A stretch of 27,282 nt of DNA from an uncultured Clostridia bacterium (lineage in GTDB: Bacteria > Bacillota > Clostridia > TANB77 > CAG-508). The stretch covers positions 1 through 27,282 of the forward strand of contig CAKPOC010000005.1 in assembly GCA_934169535.1 (NCBI GenBank). Reading direction: 5' to 3'. The notes under the pieces were generated by a model. That model did no database searches. It was not told the origin of the DNA and worked only from the letters and a program-made list of their open reading frames with translations. Below, in pieces: positions 1-9,366 of the stretch. Position 1 is the first letter of the stretch; each line of letters begins with the position of its first letter. A program made the translations under genes and the position numbers.

Positions 1-75
1 TTCGAACCCACGGTAGGCTACAAACCTACGCCAATTTTCAAGACTGGTGCCATAAACCAACTCGACCACCTCTCC
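1..75 (-). tRNA. tRNA-Ser (anticodon UGA), 3' end cut off by the window edge
   Basis: Reverse complement of 1-75 reads GGAGAGG-TG-GTCGAGTTGGTTTATGGC-A-CCAGT-CTTGAAA-ATTGG-CGTAGGTTTGTAGCCTACC-GTGGG-TTCGAA. This gives a 7-nt acceptor arm, an anticodon stem CCAGT/ATTGG with loop CT-TGA-AA, a long class II variable arm and the start of the T arm. Confidence 0.85.
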
Positions 76-99
76 ATGTGTCAACTACTGACAAGTTAT

Positions 100-129
100 A
101 TATTATCACAATTTCTAACCTCTTGTCAA
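100..129 (-). promoter_or_regulatory. Candidate sigma-A type promoter for tRNA-Ser
   Basis: On the minus strand: TTGACA (plus 124-129), 18-nt spacer, TAATAT (plus 100-105), about 25 nt upstream of the mature tRNA 5' end at 75. Confidence 0.4.
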
Positions 130-146
130 GAGTAGTTGATTATTTT

Positions 147-638
147 TTACCTTTTATTTTCAATAGCCTTTTTTATTGCCTCTTCTTCTTCTTTAGATAG
201 TACATATTCAGATTTTCCATCTTTTACATTTTTAGCATATATGTTAGAATTATCCCTTGCATATATTCCATTTAATACAACTCCATTATTTTTATTATCT
301 AGCATTGCTAAGGCAAAGCTTAAATTACTTCCTGTATCCTTGTAAGCATTGTACCTAATCATTCCTATCTTTTTCAAGTAGTCATTTGATCTTTCATCTA
401 GCTTTCTACAGTACTCTATTATTTCTTCATTTTCTTTTTTTATTGAGTCTACCTTTTCAATATACTCTTTTAGCATATCATTGATATTTTCGCCTTTTCC
501 TAGTTTAGTCATAAAATTAGAATAATTCTTCCTTAGTTTGCTTAATTTTATGCAGTTTAATACATATAAAATTATTAACATTACATTTATAACTAAAATA
601 ATTATTTCAAAAATATTAAATTCCATTTTAAAATTCAT
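147..638 (-). CDS. DUF4446-family protein (N-terminal TM helix), the usual neighbour of parB in Firmicutes
   Basis: 163-aa ORF. It has an N-terminal hydrophobic helix (IFEIIILVINVMLIILYVL) and a C-terminal block IRYNAYKDTGSNLSFALAMLDNKNNGVVLNGIYARD...YAK...G...LSKEEEEAI typical of DUF4446. It sits directly downstream of parB. AAAGGAAG lies 9 nt before the ATG. Confidence 0.8.
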   Translation of the reverse strand: MNFKMEFNIFEIIILVINVMLIILYVLNCIKLSKLRKNYSNFMTKLGKGENINDMLKEYIEKVDSIKKENEEIIEYCRKLDERSNDYLKKIGMIRYNAYKDTGSNLSFALAMLDNKNNGVVLNGIYARDNSNIYAKNVKDGKSEYVLSKEEEEAIKKAIENKR

Positions 639-674
639 AACTATTAACTTCCTTTTATTTTTATAGTTCTTTAG

Positions 675-1553
675 TTACTTTATTAGTCCAAGAATTCGCT
701 CTAAATCATCATTTGAAGCATATTCAATAACAATTTTTCCTTTTTTAGCTCCTGCTTGTAACTTTACCTTTGTTCCAAAAAATCCTTGAAAAGACTCTTC
801 AATATCTCTATAGATTGCTCTATATTTTTCTTGTGTTTTTTTCTTTCTTTTTTCTGCTGCAATCTTTTCATTATTTATTATTCTATCCAAATCATCAGAA
901 TTATTACCTTCTACTACAATTTGTTGTGCTAATTTTAATTGTTTTTCTGGGTCTTGCATTCTCATTAATGCTCTACATTGTCTTTCACTAAAATTGTGCT
1001 CTAATACTAAATCGATAACTCTTGGATCTAAATTTAATATTCTAATATGGTTTGTTATTCCACTTCTACTTACTCCCAGTCTGTCCGCTAATTGTTGTTG
1101 TGTTAAGCCATAATCATCTAATAATTGCTTTAACCCTCTTGCTCTTTCTATAACATTAAGGTTTTCCCTTTGCATATTTTCTATTAGTGCAATTTCTCTA
1201 TTTTCTTGCTCTGTTTTAGTTCTTACTAAGCAAGGCATTTCTGTAAGTCCTGCTTTTTTAGAAGCTCTCCATCTTCTTTCACCCGCAATTATTTGATAAT
1301 AGTCATCTTTTGGCATTACAATTATTGGTTGAATTACACCATAATTTTTTATTGACTCTGCTAATTCTTCCAGCTTTTCTTCATCAAATTTTTTTCTTGG
1401 TTGATTCCTGTTAGGTTCTATTTGTGTTATTTTTATATTTTGAACAACTTCTCCATCAATTTCTTTTGATGTTTCTTTAACTTCTTCTGTATTTCTTAAA
1501 TTGTCACTAAATAAGGCATCTAGGCCTTTTCCTAAACCTGTCTTCTTAACCAT
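675..1553 (-). CDS. parB: Chromosome partitioning protein ParB/Spo0J
   Basis: 292 aa. N-terminal GLGKGLDALF, ParB box IIAGERRWRASKKAG, and an HTH region LTQQQLADRLGVSRSGITNHIRILNL. Located downstream of parA. Confidence 0.95.
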   Translation of the reverse strand: MVKKTGLGKGLDALFSDNLRNTEEVKETSKEIDGEVVQNIKITQIEPNRNQPRKKFDEEKLEELAESIKNYGVIQPIIVMPKDDYYQIIAGERRWRASKKAGLTEMPCLVRTKTEQENREIALIENMQRENLNVIERARGLKQLLDDYGLTQQQLADRLGVSRSGITNHIRILNLDPRVIDLVLEHNFSERQCRALMRMQDPEKQLKLAQQIVVEGNNSDDLDRIINNEKIAAEKRKKKTQEKYRAIYRDIEESFQGFFGTKVKLQAGAKKGKIVIEYASNDDLERILGLIK

Positions 1554-1578
1554 TTTTTTCTTTCCTTTCTTCTTTTAT

Positions 1579-2370
1579 TTATCTAGCATGCTTTGCTGTT
1601 TTTTTCTCTTCTTCATTCATCTTTAAGAATTCTCTAGTAAATTTATCGTATGCTTTTGCACCTTTTGATCTGCCATCATACATTGTAATAGGCATTCCAT
1701 AGCTTGGTGCTTCGCTTAATCTAACATTTCTTGGAATAACATTTTTATAAACTTTATCTCCAAAATATTTTTTTACTTCATTTACAACTTGGTTTGATAA
1801 GTTTGTCCTTGCATCATACATAGTAAGCAAAGCTCCTTCAACTGTAAGGTTTTTGTTCATATGGCTTCTTACTAGTTCTATTGTGTTTAAAAGTTGTCCT
1901 AATCCCTCCAATGCGTAATATTCACATTGAATCGGTATAAGTACACTATTAGAAGCAGTAAACGCATTTAAAGTTACTAAACCTAAAGAAGGAGGACAGT
2001 CTATTATAATGTAATCATATTCCTCTTTCATATTTTCTAATTTGCTTTTCAATCTAAATTCTCTATTTTCGCAACTTACTAATTGAACCTCTGCTCCTGC
2101 TAAATTTATATTAGATGGACAAAGGTCTAAATTTTTTACTTTAGTAGATTGTAAAGTGTTTTCTATTTCAATGTCTTCTATTAACACGTCATATACAGAA
2201 AATTGTTGTTCCTTTTCAATTCCTAATCCGCTAGTTGCATTCCCCTGTGGATCTGCATCTATTAATAAAACTTTTTTGCCTTTTTTTGCTAATAAAGCGC
2301 TCAAAGTTATTGCTGTAGTAGTTTTTCCAACTCCACCTTTTTGATTTGCTATTGATATTATTTTTCCCAA
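1579..2370 (-). CDS. parA: Chromosome partitioning ATPase ParA/Soj
   Basis: 263 aa. Deviant Walker A motif NQKGGVGKTTT. IIIDCPPSLG and the conserved C-terminal VIPRNVRLSEAPSYGMPI are also present. Confidence 0.95.
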   Translation of the reverse strand: MGKIISIANQKGGVGKTTTAITLSALLAKKGKKVLLIDADPQGNATSGLGIEKEQQFSVYDVLIEDIEIENTLQSTKVKNLDLCPSNINLAGAEVQLVSCENREFRLKSKLENMKEEYDYIIIDCPPSLGLVTLNAFTASNSVLIPIQCEYYALEGLGQLLNTIELVRSHMNKNLTVEGALLTMYDARTNLSNQVVNEVKKYFGDKVYKNVIPRNVRLSEAPSYGMPITMYDGRSKGAKAYDKFTREFLKMNEEEKKTAKHAR

Positions 2371-2431
2371 TGTTATTCCCCCAGTTCACTTTAGTTTACA
2401 TAATTTTTTATATTAAAATATTGACATACTA

Positions 2432-2460
2432 ATAATATACGAATATTTTTAATATGTCAA
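2432..2460 (-). promoter_or_regulatory. Candidate promoter for the parA-parB-DUF4446 operon
   Basis: Minus strand: TTGACA (plus 2455-2460), 17-nt spacer, TATTAT (plus 2432-2437). The -35 element is one arm of an 8-bp inverted repeat, TTGACATA (2421-2428) and TATGTCAA (2453-2460). Confidence 0.4.
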
Positions 2461-2475
2461 TAATTTTTTCATAAT

Positions 2476-3189
2476 TTATTTAATTGGTTCTTTTGCAGGC
2501 GTGCCAGGCCTTCTAGGGTATTTATTAGGAGTATTTTTAATTTTTTTAATAATTATTATTTTTCTCGATATTTGTTCCTCTCCTAAATTAAATTCTTTTA
2601 TTTGCTCTACTTTTCCGCCAAGAATTTCTATTGCTTTTTTTGCTTCTTCTAATTCTTCCTCTGCTTTTGGTCCTTTCATACACACAATTTTTCCACCTAC
2701 TTTAACAAAAGGAATTAAATATTCTACCAAAATGTTCATAGGAGCAACTGCTCTTGAAACTGCAACGTCAAATTTTTCTCTATATAATTTATTTTTTGCA
2801 AATTCTTCTGCCCTTGCATGATAAATTTCTATATTATTCAAATTTATTTTCTCTTTTACTTCTTTTAAAAAGTTAATTCTTTTATTTAATGAATCTACTA
2901 AAACAAAGTTTGCTTTGCTACAAATTGCAAGTGGAATTCCCGGGAATCCCGCCCCTGTTCCTACATCTATTACACTTTCGTTTTCTTTAATTTCATCTAA
3001 AATTGTAAGTGAATCCAAAAAATGTTTCTTTATAACTTCAAAAGGCTCAGTAATTGCTGTTAAATTTATTTTTTCATTCCACTCTAATAATAAGTTCATA
3101 TATTCAAAAAAATTTTTTTGTTGCTCATCATTTGCTCTCTGCTTATTATCTATTCTTTCAAATTCTTTTTTAAATTCTTCTAAATTCAT
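2476..3189 (-). CDS. rsmG: 16S rRNA (guanine527-N7)-methyltransferase RsmG (GidB)
   Basis: 237 aa. SAM-binding motif VIDVGTGAGFPGIPLAI and WNEKINLTAI are present. Canonical position next to mnmG. Confidence 0.93.
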   Translation of the reverse strand: MNLEEFKKEFERIDNKQRANDEQQKNFFEYMNLLLEWNEKINLTAITEPFEVIKKHFLDSLTILDEIKENESVIDVGTGAGFPGIPLAICSKANFVLVDSLNKRINFLKEVKEKINLNNIEIYHARAEEFAKNKLYREKFDVAVSRAVAPMNILVEYLIPFVKVGGKIVCMKGPKAEEELEEAKKAIEILGGKVEQIKEFNLGEEQISRKIIIIKKIKNTPNKYPRRPGTPAKEPIK

Positions 3190-3191
3190 AA

Positions 3192-5078
3192 TTACTCCTT
3201 TTCGCTTCTTTTACTTTGTTCTAAATATATAAGAAGTACTGATATATCAGCCGGTGAAACTCCTGATATTCTTGAAGCTTGGCCTACCGATTCTGGTTTA
3301 ATTTTATTTAATTTTTGTCTTGCCTCTAGTCTTAATCCTAAAATTTGAGAATAATCTATCTTGTCACTTAGCTTTTTTTCTTCTAATTTTTTAAATTTTT
3401 GAACTTGTCCCTCTTCTAATTTTAAGTATCCCTCATATTTTATTTGTATTTCTACTTCATTTTCTTCTTCTTTTGTAAGTTTAGGAGCATCTTTATCTAT
3501 CTCTTTTATATTTTCATACTTAATTTCAGTTCTTTTTAGTAAATCTGCCATTTTTACTCCTGCTTTAATCTCTGTAGAACCACATTTTTTTAAAACATTG
3601 TTTACTTCTTCAGTAGGCTTCGCTGTTTTTTTCTTTAATCTTTCAATTTCATCAAAAATATGTTGCTTTTTTTCTAAAAATTTATTATATCTTTCCTCTG
3701 ATATTAATCCGTTTTCATATCCTATTTTTAAAAGTCTTAAATCTGCATTATCTTGCCTTAAAAGGAGCCTATATTCAGCTCTTGAGGTCATCATTCTATA
3801 TGGTTCATTAGTTCCTTTTGTTACAATATCGTCAATTAATACTCCTATATATGCTTGAGATCTGTCCAATACCAGCGGTTCTTTTCCTTTTATTTTTCTT
3901 GCTGCATTTATTCCAGCAATTATTCCTTGGCTTGCAGCTTCTTCATATCCTGAAGTTCCATTTATTTGTCCTGCAAAGAACATTCCAGAAATATCTTTAT
4001 ATTCTAGCGAAAGTTTCAACTTTGATGGATCTATGCAGTCATATTCTATTGCATATGCCGGTCTTGTAAATTCAGCCTTTTCAAGGCCTGGAATTGTTCT
4101 ATACATTGCAATTTGAACATCTTCAGGAAGTGAAGAACTCATTCCTTGTATATACATTTCCTCAGTATCTTCTCCAAGTGGCTCAACAAAAACTTGATGT
4201 CTTTCTTTATCTGCAAATCTTACAACTTTGTCTTCTATTGAAGGGCAATATCTTGGCCCTGTTCCTACTATATTTCCAGAATATAAAGGAGACCTATTTA
4301 AATTTTTTCTAATTATTTCATGTGTTTTTGCATTTGTATATGTTAAATAACAAGGTTCTTGTTTTTTATTTGAATCGATCTTGTCTTCGAATGAAAAGGC
4401 TTCAATTTCTTTGTCTCCTTCTTGAATTTCCATTTTAGAAAAATCTATCGTTCTTTTATTTATTCTAGCTGGTGTTCCTGTTTTAAACCTTACAAGTTTA
4501 ATATTTAAATCATTTAAAACTTTTGATAATTCTTTGCTAGAAGCTACTCCATCTGGGCCTCCTTCATAAGAAGTTTCTCCTATAAATATTTTTCCATTTA
4601 AATATGTTCCGGTGCAAAGAATTACAGCTTTAACTTTATATATTGCCCCAATATTTGTTTCAACACTTTCTACCTTATTATCATTTACATTAATGTTAAC
4701 AATTTCAGCTTGCTTTAAATATAAATTTTCTTGTTTTTCTAAAGTGTGCTTCATTTCCATTTGATATTTTTTTCTGTCCGCCTGTGCTCTTAAAGAATAC
4801 ACAGCTGGTCCTTTGGAAGTGTTAAGCATCCTCATTTGAAGATAAGTTTTATCTATATTTTTACCCATTTCACCCCCTAGGCAATCAATTTCTCTTACCA
4901 AATGTCCTTTTGAACTTCCTCCTATGTGTGGGTTACAAGGCATATTTGCAACAGCTTCTAGACTTATTGAAAATATTAAAGTCTTTAACCCCATTCTGCT
5001 GCATGCAAGCGCTGCTTCACATCCTGCATGTCCTGCACCTATAACTGCAACATCATATTCTCCTGCTTCGTATTTCAT
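3192..5078 (-). CDS. mnmG: tRNA uridine 5-carboxymethylaminomethyl modification enzyme MnmG (GidA)
   Basis: 628 aa. N-terminal FAD-binding motif [18 protein letters not shown], plus [11 protein letters not shown] and [19 protein letters not shown]. Confidence 0.97.
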   Translation of the reverse strand: MKYEAGEYDVAVIGAGHAGCEAALACSRMGLKTLIFSISLEAVANMPCNPHIGGSSKGHLVREIDCLGGEMGKNIDKTYLQMRMLNTSKGPAVYSLRAQADRKKYQMEMKHTLEKQENLYLKQAEIVNINVNDNKVESVETNIGAIYKVKAVILCTGTYLNGKIFIGETSYEGGPDGVASSKELSKVLNDLNIKLVRFKTGTPARINKRTIDFSKMEIQEGDKEIEAFSFEDKIDSNKKQEPCYLTYTNAKTHEIIRKNLNRSPLYSGNIVGTGPRYCPSIEDKVVRFADKERHQVFVEPLGEDTEEMYIQGMSSSLPEDVQIAMYRTIPGLEKAEFTRPAYAIEYDCIDPSKLKLSLEYKDISGMFFAGQINGTSGYEEAASQGIIAGINAARKIKGKEPLVLDRSQAYIGVLIDDIVTKGTNEPYRMMTSRAEYRLLLRQDNADLRLLKIGYENGLISEERYNKFLEKKQHIFDEIERLKKKTAKPTEEVNNVLKKCGSTEIKAGVKMADLLKRTEIKYENIKEIDKDAPKLTKEEENEVEIQIKYEGYLKLEEGQVQKFKKLEEKKLSDKIDYSQILGLRLEARQKLNKIKPESVGQASRISGVSPADISVLLIYLEQSKRSEKE

Positions 5079-5375
5079 ATTTTATTCCTTTCTTTTTTAT
5101 TTTGTGGAAACATTTTTGAGTCAAGCCGGAAACATCATTTTTTGTTCGTTAAACTTTTGTTTTGTATTTTTCTTTGTTTCTCGCTTTTAGAGCTTGTTTC
5201 CTCGTTTCATTTTTATTTTTGTGTTCGTATTATAAGTTTAAATGCGTTTCTATATATTATGTCACCTTTGTCTTGTTTTTTGATATCTATGAGTTAAAAT
5301 TGAATTTATTTTTTATATCAATTAGTTAATTTTTCTTTGCATAATTTACATAATTTTAAAAATGGTACCAATTTT

Positions 5376-6743
5376 TTATTTTCCTAAGCAAAACTTCTTA
5401 AAAATTTCATTTATTATGTCTTCAGATGCGTTTTCTCCAGTTATACTTAATAAATTTTCTAAAATTTCTTTTATACATATTGAAGATATATCTACTGGCA
5501 TATTGTTTTTTATTGCTTCTTTTGCTTTTTTTAAGGCTTCTATGGCTTTTATTATATACTCTTTTTGTCTTTGGCTTGTCACAATTTCGCTATCATCTAA
5601 TTCTATTTGCCTTGCATTAAATAATTTTAATATTTCATCTTGTAAAAGATCATATCCTGTTTCATTTATTGTTGAAAAATTTATTTTTACATTTTTTAAT
5701 TTTTTTATTATTTCATTATTTTCTATGTACCCTTTTTTCAAATCAGTTTTATTTATAATTATTATTGCCTTTTTATTTTTTATAATTTCTATTATTTCTT
5801 TATCTTCCTCGTCAAGCTCACGAGAATCGTCAAATACAGCAATTATTAAGTCAGCAGTATTAATTATTTGTTTACTTTTTTTAACCCCTATTTGCTCAAT
5901 CTCGTCGCTTGTGTTTCTTATACCTGCTGTATCTATAATTTTTAGTGGAATTCCTTTTATATTTATATATTCTTCTATTGTGTCCCTTGTTGTGCCTTCT
6001 ATATTACTTACAATTGCCCTTTCTTCGCCTAAGATCATATTTAGTAAAGACGATTTTCCTACATTTGGCTTTCCTATAATCGTAGTTTTTATTCCTTCTC
6101 TTAAAATTTTTCCAATTGAAAAGCTTTCTTCTAGTTTTTTTAATTTTTCTTCTATATCGTTTAAAATATTATTAATTTTTTTATTAGTCGTTTCTTCAAT
6201 GTCATATTCAGGATAATCTATTGAGGCTTCTATGTCTGACATTAAATCTAATAATTCACTTTTTATTTCATTTATTTTTATAGATAATTTCCCGTCCAAA
6301 TGACGCTGTGCAACTTCCATTTCTTTTTCAGTTTTTGAATTTATTATATCTATAATAGATTCTGCTTGCGTTAAATCAATTCTTCCATTTAAAAATGCCC
6401 TTTTTGTGAATTCGCCTGGTTCCGCAAGTGTTGCGCCATTTTTTATGCACTCTTCTAATATGATTTTTTCAACAATCATTCCTCCATGTGCATTTATTTC
6501 ACACATATTTTCTTTAGTATAACTTTTAGGGCTAACGAAATATGAAACTAAAACTTCGTCAATGATTTCTTTTGTTTCATATTTTATTATATTCCCATAT
6601 TTCATTGTATACCCTTTTATAGGGCCTTTATTTTTGGGAACAAATATTTTTTCTAAAATTTTAAAGCAATCTTTTCCACTCATTCTTATTATTCCAATTC
6701 CGGCATTTCCTGGTGCCGTAGATATTGCAACTATTGTACTCAT
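5376..6743 (-). CDS. mnmE: tRNA modification GTPase MnmE (TrmE)
   Basis: 455 aa. N-terminal TIVAISTAPGNAGIGIIRMSG, G1 motif GKPNVGKSSLLN, DTAGIR, and the C-terminal FCLGK tetrapeptide. Confidence 0.97.
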   Translation of the reverse strand: MSTIVAISTAPGNAGIGIIRMSGKDCFKILEKIFVPKNKGPIKGYTMKYGNIIKYETKEIIDEVLVSYFVSPKSYTKENMCEINAHGGMIVEKIILEECIKNGATLAEPGEFTKRAFLNGRIDLTQAESIIDIINSKTEKEMEVAQRHLDGKLSIKINEIKSELLDLMSDIEASIDYPEYDIEETTNKKINNILNDIEEKLKKLEESFSIGKILREGIKTTIIGKPNVGKSSLLNMILGEERAIVSNIEGTTRDTIEEYINIKGIPLKIIDTAGIRNTSDEIEQIGVKKSKQIINTADLIIAVFDDSRELDEEDKEIIEIIKNKKAIIIINKTDLKKGYIENNEIIKKLKNVKINFSTINETGYDLLQDEILKLFNARQIELDDSEIVTSQRQKEYIIKAIEALKKAKEAIKNNMPVDISSICIKEILENLLSITGENASEDIINEIFKKFCLGK

Positions 6744-6758
6744 TTTTCCTCCTAAAAA

Positions 6759-6805
6759 AAGTCAAAGCAAGATTATAGAATTAACTAAAATCCGAACTTT
6801 GACTT
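6759..6805 (-). terminator. Hairpin between jag and mnmE (weak terminator or attenuator candidate)
   Basis: AAGTCAAAG (6759-6767) and CTTTGACTT (6797-6805) are perfect reverse complements (9 bp) separated by a 29-nt loop. On the minus strand the stem is followed by a T run and then the mnmE AGGAGG. The large loop makes it atypical. Confidence 0.3.
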
Positions 6806-6821
6806 CCGATTTAATATAAAA

Positions 6822-7508
6822 TTATTTTTTCTCAATTATTACTCTTCTTTTGTCGCCTTCGCCTATGCTATAAGTTGTTACTTTTGTACTATCTTGTAAT
6901 GTTGTATGAATAATTTTTCTTTCATATGGTGTCATAGGCTCTAACGTTACCTTTTTTCCTGTCCTAGCTACAGTTTTTTCTATTTTTGAAGCAAGGTCTT
7001 CTAATGTCTTTTTTCTTGTATCTTTATAGTTTCCTATATCTAATATTACTTTTACTTTATCTTCTATATTTTTTCCAGCTATATTGGTTATTATTAGCTG
7101 TAAAGAATTTAAAGCTTCTCCTCTATAACCAATTAAATTAGTTGAATCTTCTCCCTCAATTACTACATTTATTTTATTGTCATTTATTAAAACTTTGTAA
7201 CTTATTTTGTCAGATATTGTTTTTAAGAATTCACTTAAAAAGTTCTCTACATTTTCCTTTGCTTTTAAAAGGTTTTCTTCACTTATTTTTATTTCTTCCT
7301 TATGTTCTTTTTCCTTTTTTCCCTCTTTGCTTTCTTTTACAGTAATTTCAACTTTTACAATGTGTGGATCTAATATGCTAAAAAAGCTTTTTTTCTTTTC
7401 TTCTAATACTTTAATTTCCGCTTGTTCTTTTTTTATTCCAAGCTCTTTTAAGCCTTTTTCTATTGCTTCTTGAGTTGTTTTTCCCTCTGATATTATAGTA
7501 TTAAGCAT
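6822..7508 (-). CDS. jag: RNA-binding protein Jag/KhpB (Jag_N, KH and R3H domains)
   Basis: 228 aa. N-terminal EGKTTQEAIEKGLKELG (Jag_N) and C-terminal R3H region LEPMTPYERKIIHTTLQD. Canonical position after yidC, with an 8-nt overlap. Confidence 0.9.
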   Translation of the reverse strand: MLNTIISEGKTTQEAIEKGLKELGIKKEQAEIKVLEEKKKSFFSILDPHIVKVEITVKESKEGKKEKEHKEEIKISEENLLKAKENVENFLSEFLKTISDKISYKVLINDNKINVVIEGEDSTNLIGYRGEALNSLQLIITNIAGKNIEDKVKVILDIGNYKDTRKKTLEDLASKIEKTVARTGKKVTLEPMTPYERKIIHTTLQDSTKVTTYSIGEGDKRRVIIEKK

Positions 7509-8337
7509 TTTCTTCGTTCTCCTTATCTTTGTTAAAAAATTTATTTATAATTAATCTTTCTATAATCATTACTAAATTACTTATAAACCAATAAAGTGCT
7601 AAGCCTAGTGGGGCAATAAATGCTATTGAAATAGACATAATTGGAAGCATATAGTTCATTGACTTATTCATCTGTTCCATAGAATTCGCTAAGTCTTCTC
7701 CACCTTGCTCTTCCCCATCTTTCTTTTTTGTTTGGCTGTTATTAGTTAATTTCATTGATATCATTGAAGTTATTACATATAAGATAGGAATAATGTATAC
7801 TGTTGGATCTTTTAAATTCTGCATTGGAACTTTGCTTAAATCTAAACCTAAAAACTGCATATTAATATATACATTTTCATCTTGCTCAGATTTTTTTTGA
7901 ATTATTTGAATTTCTGGATAATTCGAAGCAGCTCCGCTTTCTTCTTTTATTTCGTTAGAATATTGGTTTATTAATTCAGGATTTACTTTTTTCATATATG
8001 TAAGTGGCTTACTTACAACCCAAAATACTGATAATATTATAACTATTTGTAAAATTGAAATTACACATCCTGAAAAAGGATTAAACTTTTCTGTTTTATA
8101 TAAATCTATAGTTGCCTGATTTAGTCTTTCTGGATCATTTTTATATTTATTTTGTATTTCAGTCATTTTTGCTTGCATTCTGTTTTGTGCTTTTACAGAC
8201 TTTTGCTGAATAATAGTTATTGGAATTAGTATTATTCTAAGTAGTATAGTAAACAGAATAATCGCTATTCCGTAGTTGTTTACTAAGTTATACAAAAAAT
8301 TTAAAACATATCCAAATAAACTTGATATTGCTCCCAT
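7501..8337 (-). CDS. yidC: Membrane protein insertase YidC (Oxa1 family)
   Basis: 278 aa and multi-pass. NYGIAIILFTILLRIILIPITIIQQKS, followed by MQAKMTEIQNKYKNDPERLNQATIDLYK and C-terminal PLGLALYWFISNL. Confidence 0.93.
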   Translation of the reverse strand: MGAISSLFGYVLNFLYNLVNNYGIAIILFTILLRIILIPITIIQQKSVKAQNRMQAKMTEIQNKYKNDPERLNQATIDLYKTEKFNPFSGCVISILQIVIILSVFWVVSKPLTYMKKVNPELINQYSNEIKEESGAASNYPEIQIIQKKSEQDENVYINMQFLGLDLSKVPMQNLKDPTVYIIPILYVITSMISMKLTNNSQTKKKDGEEQGGEDLANSMEQMNKSMNYMLPIMSISIAFIAPLGLALYWFISNLVMIIERLIINKFFNKDKENEENA

Positions 8338-8350
8338 ATTGTACCTCCAC

Positions 8351-8569
8351 TTATTTTAAAGGGTCATATCCTCCTTTTGAAAAAGGATTACACTTTAAAA
8401 TTCTTTTTATTGCTTTTGCCGTTCCTATAAAACAGCCATATTTTTCTATCGCTTGTCTTGCATATTCAGAACAGCTTGGATAGAATTTGCAATTTATCCC
8501 TATTTTAGATAATACAGGAGATAAATTTTTTTGATATATTTTTATCATATAAATTAAAATTTTTTTCAT
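8351..8569 (-). CDS. yidD: Membrane protein insertion efficiency factor YidD
   Basis: 72 aa. CKFYPSCSEYARQAIEKYG and the NPFSKGGYDP motif. Overlaps the rnpA stop by 4 nt. Confidence 0.9.
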   Translation of the reverse strand: MKKILIYMIKIYQKNLSPVLSKIGINCKFYPSCSEYARQAIEKYGCFIGTAKAIKRILKCNPFSKGGYDPLK

Positions 8570-8910
8570 TTTTTTAATAATGTTGCTTCCTCAAAGCATT
8601 TATTCATTTCGCTTTTTATTGATTCATAGCAATTATAATCCACAGGTGTTTTTTTGTTCCATAAAAAAACTATGTCATAGCCTTTTTCTAATTTTTTCAT
8701 TATGTCATAATAATTTGCCCTGATAAGTCTTTTTATTTTATTACGCCCTACTGCCTTGCATAAATGTTTATTAATAGCAACTCCAAAAGTATTTTCATTT
8801 TTATTGTTTGGTTTTATGTATACAATTATATGTTTTTTTACATAGTATTTTCCATATTTTAAAACATTGTTAAATTCATAATTTTTTTTTAGGGTTTTAA
8901 TTTTCTTCAT
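8566..8910 (-). CDS. rnpA: Ribonuclease P protein component RnpA
   Basis: 114 aa, basic. KAVGRNKIKRLIR (RNR-like motif). Located downstream of rpmH. Confidence 0.9.
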   Translation of the reverse strand: MKKIKTLKKNYEFNNVLKYGKYYVKKHIIVYIKPNNKNENTFGVAINKHLCKAVGRNKIKRLIRANYYDIMKKLEKGYDIVFLWNKKTPVDYNCYESIKSEMNKCFEEATLLKK

Positions 8911-8930
8911 TTTTACTCTTCTAAAATATA

Positions 8931-8962
8931 ATAATAAAAAAGACCACTAAACGCTTTAGTGG
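8931..8962 (-). terminator. Rho-independent terminator or attenuator between rpmH and rnpA
   Basis: CCACTAAA (8944-8951) and TTTAGTGG (8955-8962) form an 8-bp stem with a 3-nt loop. On the minus strand the stem is followed by TCTTTTTTATTATT. Confidence 0.6.
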
Positions 8963-8976
8963 CTCAAATTAAGTAA

Positions 8977-9111
8977 CTACGCACTAAGTTTTTTTCTGCC
9001 TTTTGCACGTCTAGCTTTTATTATGTTTCTTCCAGCTCTTGTACTCATTCTTTTCATAAAACCATGTTCTTTTTGTCTTTGTATTTTTTTAGGTTGATAT
9101 GTTCTTTTCAT
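8977..9111 (-). CDS. rpmH: 50S ribosomal protein L34 (not in the supplied ORF track)
   Basis: Hand translation of the minus strand gives [44 protein letters not shown] (44 aa). GGAGGTG lies 7 nt upstream. ATG is at 9111-9109 and the stop (TAG) at 8979-8977. Confidence 0.92.
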   Translation of the reverse strand: MKRTYQPKKIQRQKEHGFMKRMSTRAGRNIIKARRAKGRKKLSA

Positions 9112-9173
9112 TTAAAGCACCTCCTATTTTGTGTATATTAATTATTACTAATTTTCTTTCATAAGTATTTGAT

Positions 9174-9203
9174 ATTATATACCAAGAATCACGGTTATGT
9201 CAA
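9174..9203 (-). promoter_or_regulatory. rpmH promoter (consensus hexamers)
   Basis: Minus strand: TTGACA (plus 9198-9203), 18-nt spacer, TATAAT (plus 9174-9179), about 60 nt upstream of the rpmH ATG. Confidence 0.55.
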
Positions 9204-9249
9204 TACTTTTACAGAAATTTAAAAATATTTATTTTTCTTTTGTTTTTTA

Positions 9250-9278
9250 TTGACTAATATCCCCTATTTTGATATTAT
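9250..9278 (+). promoter_or_regulatory. dnaA promoter candidate with extended -10
   Basis: TTGACT (9250-9255), 17-nt spacer ending in TGA, TATTAT (9273-9278). The DnaA-box cluster lies in the predicted leader, consistent with autoregulation. Confidence 0.5.
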
Positions 9279-9366
9279 ATACCAAAATGATAAGTGCGGT
9301 AAAAACTTTTTTGTTTTTTTGCTTACGCCTATACGTAAAAACTAAGGATAATGAATAGTTTGGAAG

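Noticed and set aside
675-2475. parS site (TGTTNCACGTGAAACA-like) expected in or near parB/parA
   Set aside because: Scanning by eye found no CACGTG-centred 16-mer in the par region or elsewhere in the window. Absence cannot be asserted without a proper pattern search allowing mismatches.
5362-6216. 284-aa plus-strand ORF antisense to mnmE, and the many similar 60-120-aa ORFs antisense to parB, parA, rsmG, mnmG, jag, dnaN, gyrB, gyrA and the activase gene
   Set aside because: All lie opposite well-supported conserved genes. They encode F/L/I/S-rich low-complexity sequence typical of antisense frames in AT-rich DNA, and they lack RBSs.
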